Virus record (IMG/VR): IMGVR_UViG_3300037524_001600
From: an uncultured virus (IMG/VR IMGVR_UViG_3300037524_001600)
Lineage: Duplodnaviria > Heunggongvirae > Uroviricota > Caudoviricetes
Length of the DNA: 20,000 nucleotides
Direction: 5' to 3' (one strand)
The position numbers were made by a program, and so were the translations under genes. Shown one piece after another: positions 15,613-20,000 of the stretch. Numbering within the stretch: position 1 is the first letter of the stretch; every line of letters starts with the position of its first letter. Under the pieces are notes generated by a model. It was not told where the DNA came from, did not search any database, and saw nothing but the letters and a program-made list of their open reading frames with translations.

Positions 15613-16074
15613 TCACGCGGGCGCGAAGGCGACCTTCCAGGTGACCGTCAGGGAGTCGCCGGCGCCCTTGTTTATGACGCCGAAGGTGGACCTGCACATC
15701 ATGGCGCCGGAGGAGCCAGAGTTGAACAGCCCGGCTTCCCTCAGCGCGCCGGTGCACACGCCCGCTGGGAACACGGCGACGTGCTGCACGGAGTCGTTGG
15801 CCTTACTGGTGGTCACCCGGGACAGGCTCTGCAGGGCCACGCGGCCGGTCTCGGCCAGCAGCGCCGTCTGGTCCTGGTCGGCCGCGGTTTCGTCCGAGCC
15901 CAGGGCCATGTGCGACACCACCGACTGCGAGGCATCCACCAGCCTGCTGGTCACCAGAGCCAGGCCCGACGCGACCACGAGGTTGGCGGCCCGCCTCCCC
16001 GCGATCACCCTGCCTGCGGGGTCCCTTAGGACCAGCACCAGATCGCCCCTGGCGCCCACGCGATTCACGATCAT
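15613..16074 (-). CDS. Virion structural protein, tail-collar/fibre-attachment-like (153 aa)
   Basis: NLVVASGL...SHMALGSD...QTALLAE...GALREAGLFN...LTVTWKV pattern typical of phage tail-collar-like proteins; SD GAGGTG. Confidence 0.65.
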   Translation of the reverse strand: MIVNRVGARGDLVLVLRDPAGRVIAGRRAANLVVASGLALVTSRLVDASQSVVSHMALGSDETAADQDQTALLAETGRVALQSLSRVTTSKANDSVQHVAVFPAGVCTGALREAGLFNSGSSGAMMCRSTFGVINKGAGDSLTVTWKVAFAPA

Positions 16075-16083
16075 CAGCTCACC

Positions 16084-16488
16084 TCAGAAGGAGACGGATA
16101 TTCCGTAGTAGCCCGGCTCGACGTAGTCCCAGGCGACGTAGTTCTGCATCTGCAGCAGGCCCGGGTCGGAGGCCGCCGACAGGTCCGACCGCGCCGCGGA
16201 CATGGACCACGACAGCTGATCCAGGGCGCCGCCGACATCGGTGCTCTGCAGCTCCCCGCCGAGCTGCGGCAGGATCTGGTCCGAGAGCAGCGCGCCGTCC
16301 GGAAGGTACAGGAATCTTGCGGGATCGAACCCGCGCCTGCCCGGCCTGAAGTCGGCAGAGACGGAGGCGGGGGAGGGAGAGCCCGGGGCGGCGTACTCCG
16401 GCGAGGAGGGTCCGTCGTAGTCCTGCCCCCCGGGCCTCCCGTAAGACGGCGTGCCGGGCCCGCCGTAGACAACGTCCAGGTCGTCCAC
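16084..16488 (-). CDS. Hypothetical acidic, Pro/Gly-rich protein, probably structural (134 aa)
   Basis: GTG start 1 nt after the upstream stop; C-terminal aromatic motif NYVAWDYVEPGYYG. Confidence 0.55.
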   Translation of the reverse strand: MDDLDVVYGGPGTPSYGRPGGQDYDGPSSPEYAAPGSPSPASVSADFRPGRRGFDPARFLYLPDGALLSDQILPQLGGELQSTDVGGALDQLSWSMSAARSDLSAASDPGLLQMQNYVAWDYVEPGYYGISVSF

Positions 16489-16489
16489 G

Positions 16490-17080
16490 TCAGGGCACCT
16501 GGTCGGCCGGGCTGAATAACAATTCCACGACGCCCCTGACCGGCTTCCAGGTGCGCCTGTACACGGCGTCCTCCGGCTCGGTGACGCGCAGCTCGAAGAA
16601 GCCGTATACGTTGACGTCCACCGTGGGCTGCTGGTCGTAGCCGGAGCCGAGGGTGCCCGGGAACTGCACGTACACGGTCCTGGGATCGTGCTCCTCCCAG
16701 AGCGGGTCGTCCGGCGGGGGCGTCGCGGACACCCTGGCCACCCCGGAGGACAGCTTGTAGGTGACCCCGCCGTGCGTCACGGTCTCCTCCCTGTTGTACG
16801 CCTGCGCGGCGTCCCAGGCGCCCCGGGGCGTGGGGACCCTGACGCCCAGCGCCACTTTGGATGGGGACACGGACCTGACGGAGGACGGCGGCTCCTCCTG
16901 GCCGGGAACGTTCTCCGCCTCCAGCACGACCGCCTCGTACTCGTAGCCGAGAGACGCGTCGTCCAGGAACTCGAGCGTAACGGGGAACTCCAGCTGCTCC
17001 CCCATCACTATGGACCACAGGACCGCGCCCGCGTCCTTGATGAGGTCAGACCTCAGGTCCCGTATCAGCGCCCTGGCCAT
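16490..17080 (-). CDS. Putative virion structural protein with an inserted CBM5/12-like module (196 aa)
   Basis: SD GGAG; beta-rich; internal RGAWDAAQAYNREETVTHGGVTYK...PPPDDPLW resembles small carbohydrate-binding modules. Confidence 0.6.
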   Translation of the reverse strand: MARALIRDLRSDLIKDAGAVLWSIVMGEQLEFPVTLEFLDDASLGYEYEAVVLEAENVPGQEEPPSSVRSVSPSKVALGVRVPTPRGAWDAAQAYNREETVTHGGVTYKLSSGVARVSATPPPDDPLWEEHDPRTVYVQFPGTLGSGYDQQPTVDVNVYGFFELRVTEPEDAVYRRTWKPVRGVVELLFSPADQVP

Positions 17081-17096
17081 GGCTCCGCACCGTATC

Positions 17097-17450
17097 TCAT
17101 TTCTTCCTTCCCTCCGCCTCGGCGTGCGACCTGATCGCGAGGTCCAGCCTGTCCAGCTGGGACTCGAGCTCCCTGAATCGCACGTCCAGTATCTCCTTTT
17201 GCGCCAGCCAGTCCGCCCTGCGGAACCGGTCGTCGGTCCTGACCATCACCTGGCTCTCCAGGGCCGCCACCCGGCGGACGAACTCCTCCATCCGGTACTC
17301 CGCCCTGCGCGTGTAGTTGTGCACGCTGAATAGCAGGAAGATGCCCACGGACAGCAGCGTGACCGTGAAGGCGCGCAGTATGAACAGCTCATCGAGAAGA
17401 AGTGTGCGAAATTTTCTCGACAAGTCTCTCCAGCCGCTGGAATCTGTCAT
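17097..17450 (-). CDS. Single-TM plus coiled-coil membrane protein, paralogue 2 (117 aa); possibly lysis-related
   Basis: Strong SD AAGGAGGTGA before ATG 17450; hydrophobic span LFILRAFTVTLLSVGIFLLFSV; heptad-like C-terminus. Confidence 0.7.
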   Translation of the reverse strand: MTDSSGWRDLSRKFRTLLLDELFILRAFTVTLLSVGIFLLFSVHNYTRRAEYRMEEFVRRVAALESQVMVRTDDRFRRADWLAQKEILDVRFRELESQLDRLDLAIRSHAEAEGRKK

Positions 17451-17676
17451 CTATCACCTCCTTCTCTCTCCGCCACTCCGACACCGAGAAGTGTGTGCTG
17501 GTGGAGGCGTTCACTTGCGACTGCAGCGTGAGGAGCCTCTCCTCGAATCTGCCGACTTTGTCCCTGAGATCCACGAGCGCGTTCCCGTTCCACAGGAGCA
17601 GGGCCAGCAGCACGGCCGCGATGACGGTCTGTATGTGCTGCTCGAGAGCCGACCGCGGCCTCTCCTGCTCGTCCAT
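17389..17676 (-). CDS. Single-TM plus coiled-coil membrane protein, paralogue 1 (about 95 aa); possibly holin- or spanin-like
   Basis: SD GAGGAGG then ATG 17676 (GTG 17682 is an alternative); TM span IQTVIAAVLLALLLW; coiled-coil C-terminus. Confidence 0.7.
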   Translation of the reverse strand: MDEQERPRSALEQHIQTVIAAVLLALLLWNGNALVDLRDKVGRFEERLLTLQSQVNASTSTHFSVSEWRREKEVIDDRFQRLERLVEKISHTSSR

Positions 17677-17688
17677 CGACACCTCCTC

Positions 17689-19041
17689 TCAGAAACCGAA
17701 GCCCCGGGAAGCCACCTTCTGCCCCCTGCGTATCGGAAAGAGGTACTCCACGGCGTAGCGGACGCCGTCCGAGAAATGCTCCACACCCTCCTTCTTGTCT
17801 AGGGTGGCCGTGTCCGGGTTATTCTCAGACCAGGAGGTGCGCTCCAGGGACGCTATCAGGCCGGTGCACCTGGGATGCACGTACATCCTTACGTCCCCGG
17901 CCGCCGTCTTCAGCAGGCGGTTCACCGCGGCGACGCTGTCCACGATCGGAGGGGCCGACTGCCTGGACAGGCACTGTATTCCGTGCGATTCCAAGATGCT
18001 GAAGTCCGTCTGGCCCACCGGGGCGGACGTCTTCCTGGCCTTTCCGGACGGGTCCGGGTAGCCGAAGATCCTGTGACCGCGGTACCTCTCCTTCAGGGCC
18101 ACGGCCAGCGTCTCGGTGTCCGGATGGCCCTTGAACTCCTCCAGCCAGTGCGCCTGCTTGCCCCTGAGGGCGAATGCGGACGAGCACTGCAGGCCCACGT
18201 TGAAGTCTATGCAGACGTGGACGTCCTCGCCGTCCCTGGCCCTGTCGCCCGAGGGCGGCCTGAAGTCCTCCAGGTCCCTGCGGACGTGCACGGACCTGTC
18301 GAAGCAGTAGAAGACGTTATTGCCGGAGCCCTTGAAGCTGGCCTCGTACTCTCGGGCGAACTCCAGCGGGTCCACCGTGTGACGTATCCGATCGATCTCC
18401 TCCGCGTCCAGGAACGGGGAGGACCTGTAGTCGTACCTGTAGGACCGCCACTCGGGATCGATCTCCCTGAAATTGTACATGTCGTACAGGAAGTCGTAGC
18501 CCTTCGGGGTGGACACCGCAAGGGCTCTGCCCGGGGACTTCGCGCCGAGCTCCGCGGCCCTCTTCCTGGACCACCTAGTCAGCACGGTGGGCTGCAGTAT
18601 GCCCTCCCACGCCTCCCTCGGGGTGAGCCCGCGCCTCCACGAGGCCAGCTCGTCCAGGGCCAGGAAGTAGGCGCCCTTGCCGCGCATCCTCTCGACGGCC
18701 TCGTAGGACACGAGCCTTAGCTCCACGTTCCTGCCGAACATGAACCTGCCGTCGTCCCTAGAGGCCTTGGCCAGGCGTCCCTCCATGCCCAGCTCGTACA
18801 TGATCAGCGGCCAGTAGATGTCCGTGACCTGGTCGTACGTCGGCGCGACGATGTAGGCGTACTTGTTGGGCACGCTCCAGTCCAGCTCCAGCAGCTCGTA
18901 GCACGCCGCCACGGCGCAGGTGGCCGTCAGGTACGACTTGCCCCAGCCCCTGGAGCAGACCACCACGGAGAATCTCGCCTTCCTGTCCACGAACAGGTCC
19001 GAGAACACCTCGGACTGCCCGGGGTGCAGGTCTATGCTCAC
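17689..19041 (-). CDS. terL: Terminase large subunit (450 aa)
   Basis: Start moved to GTG 19041 (GTGA overlap with the upstream stop). LHPGQ motif, Walker A VVCSRGWGKS, Walker B FLALDE, coupling motif STPKG, RNase H-like nuclease motifs CIDFN and HFSDGVRY. Confidence 0.95.
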   Translation of the reverse strand: MSIDLHPGQSEVFSDLFVDRKARFSVVVCSRGWGKSYLTATCAVAACYELLELDWSVPNKYAYIVAPTYDQVTDIYWPLIMYELGMEGRLAKASRDDGRFMFGRNVELRLVSYEAVERMRGKGAYFLALDELASWRRGLTPREAWEGILQPTVLTRWSRKRAAELGAKSPGRALAVSTPKGYDFLYDMYNFREIDPEWRSYRYDYRSSPFLDAEEIDRIRHTVDPLEFAREYEASFKGSGNNVFYCFDRSVHVRRDLEDFRPPSGDRARDGEDVHVCIDFNVGLQCSSAFALRGKQAHWLEEFKGHPDTETLAVALKERYRGHRIFGYPDPSGKARKTSAPVGQTDFSILESHGIQCLSRQSAPPIVDSVAAVNRLLKTAAGDVRMYVHPRCTGLIASLERTSWSENNPDTATLDKKEGVEHFSDGVRYAVEYLFPIRRGQKVASRGFGF

Positions 19042-19466
19042 GGGCGGGAGGCCAGGTTTATCACCAGCGGCGCCGCGTTGCTCTCCACATTGACCGTCTC
19101 GGGCACGCGCCCGTAGCCGTACCGCAGCAGGGACTCCCCGACGCGGATCATCTGCTCCCTGACCGCCGCGTGCGCCTGCGCGCTGTACCTGCGGGCGTTC
19201 CCGTTGCCGTCCAGGGGCGTGATATCGCCGCGCTGCCACCTCTCGTAGCGCTCGTTGTCGGCCCTAAGCTTCTCGTACAGGTTGACGAGCTCTTTTATGG
19301 GGTCGTATCTGAGCTCCGACAGCCTGGCCACGGACCTGAGACCTCCTCTGGGGAATCGCTCCTGCCTCACCGGAGAATACTTTTCCGGCATCCTCGGCTC
19401 GTCCGGGAAATCCTTGCAAATCAGCGGGATGCCGGCTTCCCCTTGCGTTTCATGGCGGTCCGTCAT
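19038..19466 (-). CDS. terS: Probable terminase small subunit (142 aa)
   Basis: Immediately upstream of and coupled to terL; helical core ending in a beta-like tail (APLVINL); SD GAGGGG. Mainly a positional call. Confidence 0.65.
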   Translation of the reverse strand: MTDRHETQGEAGIPLICKDFPDEPRMPEKYSPVRQERFPRGGLRSVARLSELRYDPIKELVNLYEKLRADNERYERWQRGDITPLDGNGNARRYSAQAHAAVREQMIRVGESLLRYGYGRVPETVNVESNAAPLVINLASRP

Positions 19467-19480
19467 TCCTGCCCCTCAGA

Positions 19481-19581
19481 GTGTCCCCCCGGGAGGTATC
19501 CACCCGGGGAGATATACATATAAGAAAACTTACTACGGTGTCCCCCAAGTGTCCCCTTAGAGGGGGGACCCGGGGGGACAT
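19481..19581. repeat. GTGTCCCC direct and inverted repeats flanking an AT-rich island upstream of terS
   Basis: GTGTCCCC at 19481, 19538 and 19549; inverted GGGGAC(A) at 19564-19569 and 19574-19580; AT-rich ATATACATATAAGAAAACTTACTA at 19512-19535. Confidence 0.65.
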
Positions 19582-19585
19582 CCTA

Positions 19586-19960
19586 TCATCTGGGAGGGCT
19601 CTCCGGGTTAACCCAACGGGCTCGGGATGACGCGGGCGCGCCTCCCGCGCAGTAGACCCTCCTCTCCCACCGGTCCTTGCACAACCTGCCGGCGCAGCTC
19701 TTGTGCTCGTTCGGCAGCCACTGCATGTTGTGCGGCGCGTCGCATCCCCCGCACGCCAGAGGCACCACGTGGTCCACCGACCACCCGGGGCATGGTCCGG
19801 ACGGCAGCCCCGTGGCGGGGCACGCGTACATGCCCCTGAACAGCTGCCTCTCGGCCGCGCTCCTCCGTATCTCCCCACGGGCGTCCCTGGGGACCGCGGC
19901 GGGGTCGTGACACACTCTGGGGTCGGCCAGCAGCGCGGCCAGCAGCAGGATCTCGGTCAA
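19586..19960 (-). CDS. HNH endonuclease-family protein (124 aa)
   Basis: VDHVVPLACGGCDAPHNMQWL is an HNH core, preceded by CPATG...CPGW; TTG start after GGAGGG. Confidence 0.75.
   Translation of the reverse strand: MTEILLLAALLADPRVCHDPAAVPRDARGEIRRSAAERQLFRGMYACPATGLPSGPCPGWSVDHVVPLACGGCDAPHNMQWLPNEHKSCAGRLCKDRWERRVYCAGGAPASSRARWVNPESPPR
19605..19620 (-). promoter_or_regulatory. Candidate phage-specific promoter, copy upstream of the terminase unit
   Basis: Minus strand CCCGTTGGGTTAACCC followed by GGAGAG; 14/16 identical to 1152-1167; about 140 nt upstream of the terS start, inside the 3' tail of the HNH ORF. Confidence 0.5.
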
Positions 19961-19972
19961 GTCGCCCTCCGG

Positions 19973-20000
19973 AAAAAAAAAAAAAAGGACCCCTCCCCGC
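19973..20000 (-). terminator. Probable intrinsic terminator (3' arm and U-tract; 5' arm outside the window)
   Basis: Minus strand GCGGGGAGGGGTCC followed by 14 T (A-run at 19973-19986 on the plus strand). Confidence 0.55.

Noticed and set aside
14196..15644. 482-aa plus-strand ORF across the Reb-like cassette
   Set aside because: Shadow ORF; the minus-strand genes have SDs and coupled start/stop overlaps.
16074..17018. 314-aa alternative minus-strand ORF suggesting a frameshift fusion
   Set aside because: Arg/Gly/Pro-rich out-of-frame overlap of two well-tiled genes; I identified no slippery site.
19042..19239. N-terminal extension of terL given by the ORF track
   Set aside because: Low-complexity and overlaps the probable terS; GTG 19041 with a GTGA overlap is the more plausible start.
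19973..19986. A14 homopolymer as a phase-variable tract or retro-element tail
   Set aside because: Intergenic and directly after a GC-rich arm on the minus strand, which fits a terminator U-tract better; its exact length may be a sequencing artefact.
1..20000. CRISPR array, tRNA, rRNA, integrase, transposase or reverse transcriptase/DGR
   Set aside because: No regularly spaced repeats, RNA-gene signatures or matching protein motifs seen; almost the whole window is tiled by minus-strand CDSs.

Overview
A GC-rich segment of a tailed dsDNA phage or prophage (Caudoviricetes), covering the packaging and head-morphogenesis region. All credible genes lie on the minus strand. In transcription order (20000 to 1): the 3' half of a terminator, an HNH-type nuclease, a probable small terminase, the large terminase, then about 10 kb of intervening genes, a 58-aa ORF, the portal, a 1553-aa protein, the scaffold and the 5' part of the major capsid gene. 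The intervening block holds two paralogous membrane/coiled-coil proteins, virion fibre or structural proteins, and a cassette with two Reb (R-body)-like proteins and a secreted protein. The standout is the 1553-aa protein, in which the MuF (SPP1 gp7-like) minor head domain is fused in one frame to a T7-type single-subunit RNA polymerase with intact catalytic motifs, suggesting a capsid-packaged, injected RNAP. A 16-bp motif, CCCGTTG(AA/GG)TTAACCC on the minus strand, occurs upstream of both the terminase unit and the scaffold/capsid unit and is a candidate phage-specific promoter. All family assignments come from motif recognition by eye; no database search was run.
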